A stretch of 63,936 nt of DNA, counting the filler, from Olpidium bornovanus S191 (lineage: Eukaryota; Fungi; Olpidiomycota): NCBI GenBank assembly GCA_017911155.1. It is 32 parts of 32 records of this genome, joined end to end, with 100 filler letters (N's around TTAATTAATTAA, not from the genome) between each part and the next. Parts side by side here need not be neighbours in the genome. Positions count along the whole stretch, not along the records: positions 48,469 to 50,135 come from JAEFCI010009598.1; positions 50,236 to 52,502 come from JAEFCI010005070.1; positions 52,603 to 54,442 come from JAEFCI010006828.1; positions 54,543 to 56,055 come from JAEFCI010009715.1; positions 56,156 to 57,628 come from JAEFCI010001398.1; positions 57,729 to 58,896 come from JAEFCI010011816.1; positions 58,997 to 60,331 come from JAEFCI010003839.1; positions 60,432 to 62,793 come from JAEFCI010010316.1; 24 more parts are not named here. The stretch is one strand, 5' to 3'. Under the pieces are notes generated by a model. It did no database searches, was not told where the DNA came from, and worked only from the letters and a program-made list of their open reading frames with translations. Both the position numbers and the translations under genes were made by a program. Positions 49,923 to 62,793 of the stretch are shown one piece after another (position 1 is the stretch's first letter; each line of letters opens with the position of its first letter).

Positions 49923-51288
49923 GAGAGAGAGAGAGGAGCGGGTGCGGCGGGTTGCGGTGGGGCAACTTCCCGAACGGGGATCTCTCCGTGGGCAACGCGG
50001 GAGGGGTCGTTTTCCTCCGGAAGACGGGGGAGGGTCGAATTTCACCCGCCGTCCCCGCTCCCCCGAAAACGACGAAGGGCGCGCGGGCGGGGGTGGGGGC
50101 CAGTTCGCGCCCCCCGTCGCGCGTCTTCTACGCCCNNNNNNNNNNNNNNNNNNNNNNNNNNNNNNNNNNNNNNNNNNNNTTAATTAATTAANNNNNNNNN
50201 NNNNNNNNNNNNNNNNNNNNNNNNNNNNNNNNNNNATTGCCTTAGCACTGGCCACTGAGAATCCGTGCGATGGAATTATGGGACCGGAATTTGCACGATT
50301 GGGATCGGTTGATCACGGTCGGCAAGATTGCGATCCCGGATTCAACAATTGGCATGATCGGCACCGGCGATTGGCATCACCGGCGATAGGCGGACATGAG
50401 AGCTCTGGACTGGTGCTCAGGATCAAGGTTCAGAGTCAGGTGCTAGGGACCACAGGATCGGGGGATCAGCGATTTTTGCGGCGTTTCGCTGCGCTGCAAA
50501 CCTCCTCCGGTTCAACGAGGGCAGGGGGCGGGGTGAGCACACACCGGGCGCGTGTTGTCTGGCGGTCACGTGATCACGGCCCCCGAGTGTGGGAAGGCGC
50601 AGGCTTCTCCGCCACGCGCTCTGCCCCGCCCGCCCTTTTCCTTTCTCGCTCCTTTCTCTGCGCGACACAACCTCTCTTAAGCAACCGGGCCACCACGCCC
50701 CCACCCTGCCCGCCCCCGCTCCCGCACCCGTCAGTCTCCTGCTCGCTCGTGGACAGAGCGTTCGGCTGCGGAATAAAGAAGTTGGGAACCGGCCGTGAGA
50801 GTTTTTTTCTGCGGAAGAGGCGTGCCCCGAAGGTGCGCGCCCTGCGGCCTGGTTAGCGGAGTGCGCTGCTGTTGCGCAGCAGGCCAGGCACGACACCACG
50901 CGCCTGCGGGACGAGAGTGGTTTCTGCGCTTTGCTTACCAAGTCGACGGGGACTGCCCGCGGACGGCACCACACCGCGGGGGTAAGGGTGGGCTGCGGCC
51001 GCGCGCGCTGGACGGTTGGGCGACGCAGGGGAGAGAACGGCGCGAACGGAGCTCCGCTTCCTCTCGCCCCGTTTCGGCGGTCCTCGGGTGGGAGAGGAAA
51101 CGGGGCGTGGGAGGGAAGTGGAAGAGGGTAGCGGCGGAGTCGTACGATACGAGCGGTACGCGCTGACAACGCCTAGGTGTAGGTCAGATGCCGGCGGACG
51201 TCGCTCTCCGTGTTTTCGTTTGCTCCCGGTTCTGACACGGCTCTGCGGCGAGTCCCGCCCCCCATAAAGACAGAGGCGCTGGTCTAAC

Positions 51289-51446
51289 ATGCAAGACCGG
51301 CGAATACCCGCACTGGTGCGAGCGATTCGGCAGACGAAAAACGTCGTTCCGGCCCCCGAAAACGTTGCTGACCACCTCTTTCCGCCGTTTCCTGCAGCAC
51401 ACGACCCGCCCGTGGCAACAGGACCCACCGCAGCCCTTATCTAAAG
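51289..51446 (+). CDS. Probable first exon of a mitochondrially targeted protein (identity unknown)
   Basis: MQDRRIPALVRAIRQTKNVVPAPKTLLTTSFRRFLQHTTRPW is Arg/Thr-rich and acid-poor, and ends at an AAA|GTAAG donor. Confidence 0.35.
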
Positions 51447-52814
51447 TAAGATCAAGAGGTGCAATCTTCTGTATATTATGCCGCGATTTTTTTATTTGGA
51501 GAACTCATTTGCGGCTCGGCTTGCCAAAAATTTATCTTCCAGTTCGATCGCAGTGAAAAGTACATTCTTTGAGAGATTCTGAAAGTCTAAAACGGTTTAA
51601 ACAACCAGCGTGGAAGTTCTTGGAAGTCGTCGTTGGGGGGTTGGGCGGGAGAGGAAGGGTTGGGAGGGTGGGCGATATTGGTGGAAATCCGCAAAACTAA
51701 GTGATATATCTCGCCGCAGTTACAGCGGAATTTTATTTCATTTGCGCGGCGCAGCCTATTCGATTTAATAACAAAGGTCAAGGACGGTAACCTGAGAAGT
51801 CTTTGCAGCATATCATCTGATCACTGGCGTAAATGTCACATAAATGCAAAGGAACGTCGGGATAGCACACCATTTACTAAATTTGTTTTCTGAAACGCGT
51901 GCTCGTCGGCAAAGAACCTGTCTTTGGCCCATCGACTGGGCCGTCGCCCATCTGCAGAACCCGTCCCCCTTCCCCCATCGGGGCGATGGCCGACGGCCGA
52001 GGCCTAACGTCAATAATCCCGACGACGAATTTGAAAGATGTTGCGAGATCGGCGGCTCGGAAACGACCGGTTGCGGCGTAAATATGCGGATGCAAGTGCT
52101 CATCAAGTTGCGCGCGCACGTATGATCTTTTCACCATGGTCGTAGGAGTGAGGAATCCCCGAGTCCCTCAGAATTGGCATTTATTGTTGGCTCCGGAGCG
52201 GTTTACAGACACAGGCTCTCATTAAAGCTTGGTCACGATGTAATTAGGTCCTTTCAAGATGATATTACAAAGGCGATAGCGGAATATCTAAGCTTTCGAA
52301 TTTTGTCAATACATCCGAAAAGGTCGACTTAACGACCGTCTGCTACAAACTTACCGACATTGCGCAGGATTGGTAGTTGGATCATGCGCGCGACCATCCG
52401 GCCGGAGATTCCGGCCACATCCTATCGTGGAAGAGACTCTGCGGTGGTTTGGTCGAGGAGGGCTAGATCTACGATTCACTTTTCGCCTGCCGGTTCGCCA
52501 ATNNNNNNNNNNNNNNNNNNNNNNNNNNNNNNNNNNNNNNNNNNNNTTAATTAATTAANNNNNNNNNNNNNNNNNNNNNNNNNNNNNNNNNNNNNNNNNN
52601 NNCCTCGAGATCCACTACGCTCTGCCGACCCAGGTGCGCCCCGCAGCTCTCTTGAACTTTAGCGGGGCGGTTTCTTTCTTTTCTTTTTTTTTTTGTTTTT
52701 TTTTTTTTTTTTTTTTTTGGAGGCGGGACCGCCCTGCGCCCACCGCTCGGCGTGTGGGGGAGGGGGGGGGACGACAAAAGGGCGGAAAGGAATATCTGAG
52801 TGAGTGTAGCGAGC

Positions 52815-52853
<39 letters not shown>

Positions 52854-53051
52854 TGAGTGAGAGAGAGAGAGAGAGAGAGCGAGCGAGTGTGTGTGTTTGC
52901 GTGCTGCCTTTGCGTTCGTGCGCGAAACACACGGGATGATACGGCCAGACCTGCCGGAGAAACTTGCCGGGCGTCGTGCCCCGCGGGTGATGGTCAATTC
53001 TAACTTTCGTTGTCTTGCTTTTTGGCCGTGGGGAGTTTCCCCCGCGAGCCG

Positions 53052-53061
53052 GTCACGTGAC
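53052..53061. promoter_or_regulatory. Extended E-box GTCACGTGAC (bHLH-ZIP Cbf1/USF/TFE-type site); related copies at 12725, 31085, 47479, 50565, 56200 and 57559
   Basis: Seven RTCACGTGA copies were found, all in GC-rich, apparently non-coding DNA. Confidence 0.5.
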
Positions 53062-54180
53062 TCCCGACTTTTTTCCCCCCCAAAATCCCCTCGCCCCGCC
53101 CCCCGGCGAAGGGGAGAGAGGCGAGGGAAGATAACGACGAGAACCAGCGGGTGCCAGCCGTCCCCCCCACCCGCCCGCCGAGGACGCAGAGCTTGCAAGC
53201 TTCGGGAGCGGGAAACGCCGCGGTGCCGTCCCCGAAACCCCGCCGGCTCGCCACCCGGGCGCTGGGTTTCGCCCGTTTGCTCGAGTGTTTCGCGGAAACC
53301 CGCCTGCCGACCTTCCGACCTAGCCGGCCGCGCTTCGGCCGCCGAGCGAAAAGGACCGGAACGCCGGGGCCGGGAGGGGGGGGTGGGTGGGGGGCCGCCT
53401 GGGATAGGAGAAAGACGCGCGCGCGGCTTTCGGACGGGCGGCTGGAGGCCTTCGTTTCTCTCCGGTCGTTTGATCTCGGGTAAACTATGGTACGTCGGCC
53501 CAACCGGGCGGTTGCGAAGACTGCCCCCTTGAAACCTGAGGGGCGCGTCGTGCGCCACCCCGAGCGCCGCTGTTAATCCCGGCGCGGCCGCCGTCTTGCC
53601 GTCCCTTTCGCGTGACTCTCGACGTGCTTAATTCTCCAAAAAAAAAAAAAAAAAGATCTCCGACGCAGGGCTTGTGCTCCTGGTAAACAGCCTGGGAGCA
53701 TGTATCTTCGCCCTTATCCTGGCACACCACTACGTCTCGCTGCAGCAGCGGGCGGCTGATGTATCCGCTGCTAAGCTAAAATCAACCTAAAAGATCGGGC
53801 GATTTTCCTCGAACTTCGCCGAGCGGAGGCGTCGTCTGGGGGGGGGGGGGGTCATCGGTACTGTCGTCCGTCCTTCCGACGGCCGCCGTCACGCCACCAG
53901 CGAGGAGTCGGGCTTCGGAACACGGGGAAGAACGCGGCTGCTGTTTACTTGGACACCGGTGATACCCCGTCCCGTAAAATGTTCCGGGGCAGAGTTGGAC
54001 GAATCTGCGGCTCGGCAGCCGCCAGACACCTGCGGCAATGTGATGTCCCCGGTGTGCTATTTGTCGTAAAGGCGCCTTGGAGAAGGGAAGAGGGTGATGA
54101 TGGAGGCGTCTGTGCGTCTGTCCGTGTGTGCATGTATTCACGTAACCTAGCCAGCTACCAGGAACCAGCACTGCAATGTG

Positions 54181-54442
54181 CCCCCTTCTTGCTGGCACAT
54201 CGCCGTCAATCCAGCCCCATGGCCCACAAGCACGAAGTATGCTTCGGTTTCCCGAAGAGACCTTTGCTGAATATGTCCGCTTTCACCTGGTCCGTCTTGC
54301 TGAACTTGACGGCCATCTCCCCTGCCGCTGCACGTTTTCGTGCACGTAGTGCCGGTTGAAATCGATGTTCGTAGTCCGCTGACGGAATATACCTGGTGCT
54401 CCTCCAGTAGGAGCCGCGCGCCGGTGTGCGCCGTCTTCATGC
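54181..54442 (-). mobile_element. Degenerate Ty1/copia LTR-retrotransposon RNase H 3' end with a putative polypurine tract
   Basis: The frameshifted translation RQRTTNIDFNRHYVHENVQR / GEMAVKFSKTDQVKADIFSKGL matches copia H.RTKHID.R.H..RE.V..G...V....T.DQ.ADI.TK.L. AAGAAGGGGG lies 20 nt after the stop (54181-54190). Confidence 0.7.
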
Positions 54443-54558
54443 NNNNNNNNNNNNNNNNNNNNNNNNNNNNNNNNNNNNNNNNNNNNTTAATTAATTAANN
54501 NNNNNNNNNNNNNNNNNNNNNNNNNNNNNNNNNNNNNNNNNNCATGCCAGGGTCCCAC

Positions 54559-55448
54559 CAGTAATCTCGGGTCCGAGTGTACGACTTCAAGGCGTTATTG
54601 AGTTCCCCGCAGTAATAGTAGTGCGAACCGAGGTCATTATACCCCATCTGAAGCAAAAAATTCGTATCAATATCCCAAGCCTCGAGCGTTGGAGATCTAC
54701 CTTACGACGGGTACTCGGCTCCACCGACCCGTATGCTCTCCTTGATCAGGTTGTTCCTGTAACCCTTCAGCTCTGCCTCCAGCTTGTCCAGCTTCGCCTT
54801 AGTCGCTGATTGCTTCTCCTCCACCCACGCCATGTCTATTCGTGAGGGAGTGAGGCCCCGCGCCTTTTGCGCGTCAATTAGCCTGGTGGCGGCCTGTGTG
54901 TAACGGGCTGTGTCCGCAGTGTTCGCTTGCAACTCTTGCAACGCGAGCTTGTATGCGTCAATCTCCAGGGCGGGACACCTCTGCGCAATGAAAAGGAGGC
55001 GGTCAATCCGGGCATGGCCTACAAAAAAGAAAGTAATAATAATCTGAGGGTGAGGCCACGTTTTGCCGACCAGGTAGCACACACGTCGGGCGCTGTCGGG
55101 CCCGGTCCGCTGCGCAGCGGACAAAGTCGTACCAGAGTAATCTCCTATGTAGGCCTCCAAGTCTAGGTTGTTCGGTGCGTCGACTTAGGGAACGGAGTTT
55201 CGAACGCGTCGGAAGGCGGGGGCGGCGGCGAAGGCGAACCGTTGGTTAGCGGGTGCTCCAGGGCGACGCGACATGCGCGGCACGTGGCAGGCAGGGAACT
55301 GGGGGCGCTATTGTCCTCTCTGGTGACGACGCCACCTCCCTTGCGTGCTTCGCGCGGGAGGGAACACAAGTTATGAACGGGGTTCTGCCCACAAACCTTG
55401 GGCCCCGCCTGTACGCTTCCTCTTCGCGCCACCTTCCGCGCCGTCCAT
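54559..55448 (-). CDS. CSN1: COP9 signalosome subunit 1 (Csn1), N-terminal exons (start tentative)
   Basis: LEAYIGDYSG; RIDRLLFIA; DMAWVEEK...LEAELKGYRNNLIKESIR|MGYNDLGSHYYYCGELNNALKSYTRTRDY. Confidence 0.92.
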
Positions 55449-57595
55449 CTTCGGCTTCTTCCTCCGTCGACGTTATCGCCCGTCGACTCCCGGCAGCTGC
55501 GTGCGCAGGGGTTGCGAGCTCACGGGATCTGCTCGCGGCGCGCGGGCAGAACGAGGAGTTTGGCTGCGGACGGCGGGAGCTGGGCACTGGGTGATTGGGA
55601 GGAGGCGTTGGGTGTGAGAGGGGGGGGGGCGTGAGTGGGGGCGGGGGGGGGGGGGCGGGGGGGGGGGGGGGGGGGGGGGAAGGCCGAGGGCGGGGAAGCT
55701 CCGCGAAATTTCAGGGCGATCTCTGCGGCATCTGCGAGGTTTGGAAGGGCACGAAAACTGCGCAACGTCAAGGCCCCCGGGGGGGAATTGACAATTCATC
55801 GTGTGCACGGCGGCCAAAGAGTCAAAAAACCGGTGCAGTGGGCCTGATGTCCCGTTAAAGCACGGCGGCGTTTGTGGTGAGAAAGGCATTGGCAAGGCAC
55901 AGGAGAGGCTCAGAAGATAGGCGTCAGCCCGGAGTTAGCGCCCTGGCGAAAGGACTACTTATCAGCAGGACCCCAGGAGCAGAGAAGCCAACGGGGTTTC
56001 ATCATCGTCGGACAGGGAAATTCGTCACTTGGCGACACCCGTGATGTCGGCATGANNNNNNNNNNNNNNNNNNNNNNNNNNNNNNNNNNNNNNNNNNNNT
56101 TAATTAATTAANNNNNNNNNNNNNNNNNNNNNNNNNNNNNNNNNNNNNNNNNNNNGGAGGGGCGACTGCGTGGCGGGACAGGAGCGGCATAGCGGCGGGG
56201 TCACGTGAACGGGGCGTGTGCGGCGGAAGGCGTGCGTGCGCTCGTTTTTGGACGCGCGCGGAAACGCCGAAAGAACAAAACAAAACGGAAACAGATTTCT
56301 TCTTTTTTTCCGAGCCAAATTAGACACTGCCCCCTTCTTCCTGCTCCCCCCCCCGGGCTGACGGGCGACGACGCACGCCAGAAAGAGAGAGAGAGAGGGA
56401 GAGTGAGAGATAGAGATTGCTCCTCCCCGTGCTGGGACAAATACGTGGTAACGAAGGCACACGTACGTCGACACGGCCCCGCAGAACGCTTCCTTCCCGC
56501 GCAGCCGCCTTCCCTGGAGAAAGGGAGTGAAGCGGGAGTACGTGGTAACGCGGCGCACGCACCGAGGCCCGCGGGAAAGCGGACCCCCGCGGCCCAAAGG
56601 GCGGGCGGGCGAGCGGCGCCCGAGCGATTAAACAATACCCGGGGCCGGACGAGGCCGGCCGAAAACGCGCGGCGGGACGAACGGAGAGCCCGCTGAAACG
56701 CGGCCGACGGGCCAGAAAATCATTCGCAGCGTCGTCCGCCCTTCCTCCCCCCACACCGCAAAAACCGTCGCGCAAGAACGGGGGTTCTTTTTCCGCCCTT
56801 GATCCGCCGGAACCGGCGGACGCCACGGCCGTCGCCGCCTCCGCATCGTTAAGTTTGTCTCTTTTTTTTTTATCTTTGAGAACGGAAGGAATAGCGAGGA
56901 TCTCTTCGTCTTCCATATGCAACGCGTGGCCTCGGGACGCGTCTGTTGCCCCGGCGAAATCGCCCGTTGCCCAGCCCCGCGTCTGCGACCACACGTCTCA
57001 AACCGCCCCGGGAACCGGCTTTTGCATTCGACCGGAATTGGGGCGAAACCGCTCTGACGCAGGATCAGCAAACCGCTGTTCGCGACAAGAGCGCAAGCTC
57101 CTGCTATTAGAAAAAATTTGACGCACATCAGCGGGGGATTTTTTTGTTATTTTTTCTAGGATTTTTTTGGTACTTGCGGATCTCCCTGAGAGCAACGTCG
57201 TTGTCGTCGCCGGACGGCGCAAGTAAGCGAGCCTTGCAGCGCACCGCGGGTGTCCCGACAGGGAAAGTTTCGGCACGGAAACAGAGTCGAATATGTAAGA
57301 TTTTCTGTGGAGCGCGACAACAGATTGAGCAGGGAGCAATTTTTCAGGCACCTGGCAGACAGGCCGGACGAGGACCGCGCGATTCGCGCAGAGCTTGAGC
57401 GCCCGTCACCACTGACGACATCGACAACATCTGCGCGACGCTGGTCGGCCCGCGGCTCGCTACCTCGCAGGTCCCACGGTGAGCATACTGGCGCAAGGAC
57501 AGGACCGGTGCAAGGACCCAGGGAGAGGCAGCAGAAGCACCGCGGGAAGGCGTCGGCGGTCACGTGATTTTTGGAGTGTAATCAGAACCCTCCTT

Positions 57596-57628
<33 letters not shown>

Positions 57629-59849
57629 NNNNNNNNNNNNNNNNNNNNNNNNNNNNNNNNNNNNNNNNNNNNTTAATTAATTAANNNNNNNNNNNNNNNN
57701 NNNNNNNNNNNNNNNNNNNNNNNNNNNNAACCCCATTGATGGATCGCAGAAATAGACCAACCAAATCTGCTCGAATAATCTTTCCCGGCTTATATTCTGT
57801 GTATGATGGCGCGTGGTTGCCACCTTGTTTTCTTGCCTAACTCTACATGGCTCCCACGTCGTTTTGGAATCCGTTGTCGGAAGACCTGAGCAGTCCGATC
57901 TCTTCACGACGGGACTTACCTAGGCTGGCTGGCAGTCGTCGTCCACATCCGGGATAAGTTCGTCGTCTGCCGGCGCAGCGATACCGATGAGGACGGGACG
58001 GTCGATGGAGCGTTGAGTGCGGAGCTCTGGCCACACGCCGTACTTGGGCGGGGGCACAAGCATGATGGCAGGCGAGCGACCAACGAGGCCGAACGATCAA
58101 TATATTTGGCACTGGGATTATGGAGGGGGTGTCGATGTACGAGACCGGGGGCAAAGCAGACCATCGAGCTCCACCCGTTTTGCCCACGGTGCGGTTGCAA
58201 CCTGCCAAAGGGGGCGGGATCGTCCCGAACCGAACCGACAAAGAGCGCCCGGGCTGGGGGCCCGACGACTTCCGTTTATACATCGGGGCGCCGAGCTTCG
58301 CCGCGACGGGTCCGTGACAGGTGACGTCGCTGACGTCCGGCCATGTCAGCGTCAGAGCCCCAAACGCCAAGCGAGCTGTCATCGACGGTGCGAACGGGGA
58401 GTGATCAAAATGCTTTGCTGACAATGGGCTGTTTTTGCTCGCTCTCCACAGCTCGACATCTGCCAACGGCATTCAGGTCTGCCGTCGGAGTGAGGTCAAC
58501 CGGACGGCCGTTGGTTTGCGGCTCGTAGACGAGCCGCCCCTGGCCGGCGGGCCGAAGGAAACACCGATACCCATCTTCCGGCCGCCAGGCCCCGGAAAAC
58601 ATGCGTCACCATTTGTCGGGGGTTTCGGAGTCCCTTCGTTCCGTGTTGTAAATGTCGAAGGCCGGCTTCCGATCGATTATAGCGAAGGTTATCGATGGTT
58701 TTCCCCACACCGCCAGTGTGATATTTTACCAGAGCGCCTTCGGATCGGCGTTGACGCTGCTTCACGATGCGACGCCCGAGATGCCTGTGTCACGAATGCC
58801 AAGTTTCGCTTGCTGTCGTGGTGACGAGCGCGAAATGTTTGTCGTGTTTGGTTTTAATATAGGAGGGTGTTCAGCCACGTGAAACAGTTGGTCATGNNNN
58901 NNNNNNNNNNNNNNNNNNNNNNNNNNNNNNNNNNNNNNNNTTAATTAATTAANNNNNNNNNNNNNNNNNNNNNNNNNNNNNNNNNNNNNNNNNNNNGGGG
59001 GGGGGGGCGAGGGGAATGGAAGAAGAAGAAGGAAAAGGGGTGTGTGTGTGGAGCGCGCGCGCGTCCCCCCTCCCCTTTTTTTTTTTGGGGGGGCGGGGGG
59101 AAGGGAAAGAAGAGAAGAAGACCGGAGCGAAAAAAAAAACTCGAAAAACTTCTTTTTTCCTGTCCGCGCGCGCGTTTTTCCTCCTCCTCAAATTCTTTTC
59201 CCTGCCCTGCCCTGCCCTAGCCTGCAACCCCCCCTCTCCCTCCCCCCCTTTTCCCCCCTCTTCCCCGCCCTTTTGTTCTCTTTTCCCTTTTGTTCTCCCC
59301 CCGCCACCCCTCCACCACATCCCCCCAGAGCGTCGCGAGAACGAGGGAGGGAGAAAAAAAAACAATAAAAAAAAGAAAAGGAACGGCGGACGAACGGCGG
59401 GCGCTGAGAGAAGGGACGAAGGGCCGCTCGCAATGTCGCGATCTCACTCACACACACACACACACACTCCCGCCCTTCCCCTCTCGACGTACCTATTTAA
59501 CCCTCCCCCCCCGCTCGCGCCCCTTTCCGCCGTCCGCAACGCCCCGCCACCCCCGCCCGCCAGACGCGCTCCGCCCCCGCCCCCTCCTCCCGCCCTTCCC
59601 CCCCGCCCCAGGGCCCGCAAGCGTGCAATGGTGGCCGGCAACCGCTTCCGTGCCGCCACGACGCTGGCACTGACCGCCGCGCTGGTCGTCTTACGAATGA
59701 CGGTACGAAATTTACAATCAAACACAACGACGAATTCTCAATATTCGTGAAAGATGATTCTAGTAGAGTTGTGAATGTGAAAGGAGGTAGTTGATGTGTT
59801 TGAGTGATTGTGTAGTTATTCTAAAAGTCCACATGTCTTCTCGTCGAAA

Positions 59850-60266
59850 TCAAGACAACACGTATGCGAGCCCGCAAACTCCTTCAACCCACGACCTGCA
59901 GATGGAAGTCCAGGTGGAGGCGGGGGGTTTGCAGTGTGCGATCATCTTCTGCCACACGTCCATGAAACATTCATCCATAGAAGCCGCTGGAATATCTTTT
60001 CCTATTGTAGCTGTGACTTGCACATTTGGTCGCGCAATTTCATAATTTCGTTTTGTACGTTTGGTTTCCACGATAGCGTTCGCGAGTAGGAGTACGAACT
60101 CCTGCCTGTCAGAGATACGTTGATTTCCGACAATCATGTGGAAGTGGCCATCTCGGAACTGCGTGTACGTAAGCGATTCTCCAGGGGGCATGCACAGAGC
60201 GAGAGGTGTCGTGACTGTAAGGATGATCGAAACAGAGGCCGCTAACATTAGCGCAAACTTCAGCAT
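59850..60266 (-). CDS. Small putative secreted protein (138 aa, intronless, Cys-containing), no recognised family
   Basis: MLKFALMLAASVSIILTVTTPLALC is a signal-peptide-like start. The ORF is complete and has four Cys in the C-terminal third. Confidence 0.55.
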   Translation of the reverse strand: MLKFALMLAASVSIILTVTTPLALCMPPGESLTYTQFRDGHFHMIVGNQRISDRQEFVLLLANAIVETKRTKRNYEIARPNVQVTATIGKDIPAASMDECFMDVWQKMIAHCKPPASTWTSICRSWVEGVCGLAYVLS

Positions 60267-61552
60267 GGCTGGCAAACGGTACGCGGATAGAACGGGGAGA
60301 TCAAAAATCATGAAAAAGAAAAAGAAAAAAANNNNNNNNNNNNNNNNNNNNNNNNNNNNNNNNNNNNNNNNNNNNTTAATTAATTAANNNNNNNNNNNNN
60401 NNNNNNNNNNNNNNNNNNNNNNNNNNNNNNNCATGAAACCGCCTTCCCAGTGATGGCTTCTCTCGAGGTCGGCCAGCTCCGCGAACGAGACAAGGGTAAC
60501 CACGCGGCCAGGGTCTGTCGCCGTGCCGCGATGGTCGTGCGACCCCTGTGATTGCAGCGAGGGCCGACGGCGTTGGAAACCGCTTGGTACGGGCCAGGGA
60601 AAAAACAACACCCTTTTGTCCCCGCGAGTATCTCAACACCCGCGGGCGGCCGCAAGCCGCCCCTCTTTTTCCGGTTATGCTGTTGCGTGGCACAGAAGAT
60701 TTACCTGCCAGAACCTGATGATGAAAAAACGCGCCCGGTGAGCTCTTCCGCGGGGGTGCCCCCGGATCTCGGCCGGAGGTCTCTAAGTCACCGTGCGACA
60801 CACTCACCGTCGGACAAACCCGTGTATGAAACCGGGAACGCGTTGCACGTACGGAAAGCTTTGTGGCCCGGTACAGGCGGTGAAAAGTCAAGGATTTTCC
60901 GGCACCGGTGGAAAGAAAAAAGGCGACCGATATAATCAGCGTCGTTCCGGTGGCCTGGACAAGCAGATAGCTCCCAAACTCACTCGGCTTTCCTGAAAAC
61001 GTGAGACCGGCGTTTGGGAGCCGGACAGTGAAATAATCAGTCGGACGGAGAGAGAAAAACCGGATTTTTGATTTCAAACACGTTAATACGAAACTAATCA
61101 TTCGCTTGGCCAAGGGTCCCTTGCGGGCCGCAATTTTTGGTTTAATGTGTTGCTCTCAACGAACCATATGAGGCTACCGTAGCCGAAAACCCACATTACG
61201 GTGCCGGTTCGCACGAGCTCCGGTCGAGAGGATCGGGCAAGCCGGGCCCTGTTTCTTGGTGGTCGGATCTATTGGCTTCGATCAGTCGGGCTCGTTAAAT
61301 CTCTCGCCGGCACAACGGGTCCGGCAAACTTGCCGACAGTTTCCGCCGAAATCACAGCTCGCCGCCGCCGGGGCGTCTCTGGAGTGAACCGCACGTTGGG
61401 GAACGAAGGGCTCGGGGGGACCTTTGCGGGGCCGCCTGTTTCGCCTTGTCGTTCGTTCCGAGGCGGAAGGGGGTTAGGGTTAGGTCGCGGCCTCCGAGCC
61501 TCCTTTTTCTCTCTCCTGGAACTCCCACCCTCACCCAATCCCCCTGGGCACC

Positions 61553-62793
61553 ATGGCCAGCGGTGCCGCGTCCCCGGCCACGAACGGCCGCCGCCCCAAC
61601 CGCCCGCGCCCGGGTCCAGCCGCCGCCGCTTCGCCGGGCGCGCGGAACGCCCGGTCTGCGAGGGGAGGAGCCAGGAAAGCGGCAGCCGGCCGGTTCTTTT
61701 CGCAACGGCCCCCTGTCGACCAAACCGAGGAGGAGGAGTCGGACGAAGGCGGCGAAGACGACGAAGACGACGAAGGCGACGAAGACGACGAAGACGACGA
61801 AGACGAACGAGTGACGGACGTGACCGACGACGACGGAAGCGGTGCGAGCAAGGAGGACATTGCGAGCAGTAGCGAGGGGGACAGCGAGGATGAGGAGGAC
61901 CGTGAGCGCGAAGCGCAGCTGGTACGCGCTCTCCGCCGTCGACCCTCCCTTGCCGTTGGATTTGTGCTTGTGAGACCGTGGAAATTATTCAAACCCAGCG
62001 TGCTCCGCGCCTGTTTGCCCCGTTTCTTGCGCACGGCAGCGCCGACTGCGGAAAGGTACCCGATGTCACCGTCTCGTATTTTCTTTGACTGCCGAGATTC
62101 CCGCCGAAATTTGCGACTGCTCAACCCGTTTTCTATGGGCAGAGCTTAAGCAAGTGCCGCTCGGTGAGCTTGCCGAGATTCAGCGAAAAGTCGGGGTGAA
62201 GGCCTTTATGGCCGCCGCTGCTGAAGGAAGAGCCGCGGAGAGTCTGGCTAAGAACGACCGGGAAGGTGGAGAGGCGGGAAAGGAAGGGCGAAACGATCGA
62301 AGGCGAAGCGACCGCAGCAAAGTGCAAAAGGATAAGAAAACCATACCGCGCCGAAGCGGGAAAAACAGGTACGGTCCGAAATGAGCAAGCTCAGGTCGCA
62401 GCTGAACGGTCGGCTCGCGTAGCAATCGCGGCTGGTAGACAAACGTTTTTTAAACTGGGGTTCTGGGACCCACGTATCTCCGTAGACCTGTTGAAATGCC
62501 CGCCAAGAGGCCGGTTAGTCGCTTCCGCCAGGTTGTGGAAGTAAAAGCACCTGTACGTAAACCACTTTCTGCGCAGTTATCGAGGTACACACGGCTTTTA
62601 CCTCGTCGCAGGCGTTTATTGACAGCACTTAGCTGTGCCTTCCGATTCGCTTGTCTGGGCTGTCGTCCAGAAAAGCAGAGATCCTCGCTTCGAACCCTTA
62701 TCTGGCCGGTTTAATGCAGATTCTTTTGCCAAAAACTACGCCTTTCTAGAGGATTACCGCAAGACGGAGAAGGAGGAGCTCAAAATGTGCATG
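61553..62793 (+). CDS. RRP36: rRNA biogenesis protein Rrp36 (spliced, 3' truncated)
   Basis: An acidic N-terminus is followed by ELKQVPLGELAEIQRKVGVKAF, RPAEMPAKRPVSRFRQVV and SRDPRFEPLSGRFNADSFAKNYAFLEDYRKTE. Confidence 0.88.

Noticed and set aside
61100-61145. Spliceosomal snRNA suggested by the Sm-like site GCAATTTTTGG after a small hairpin
   Set aside because: No U1 5' end, U2 branch-pairing, U4/U6 pairing or U5 loop sequence is present upstream.
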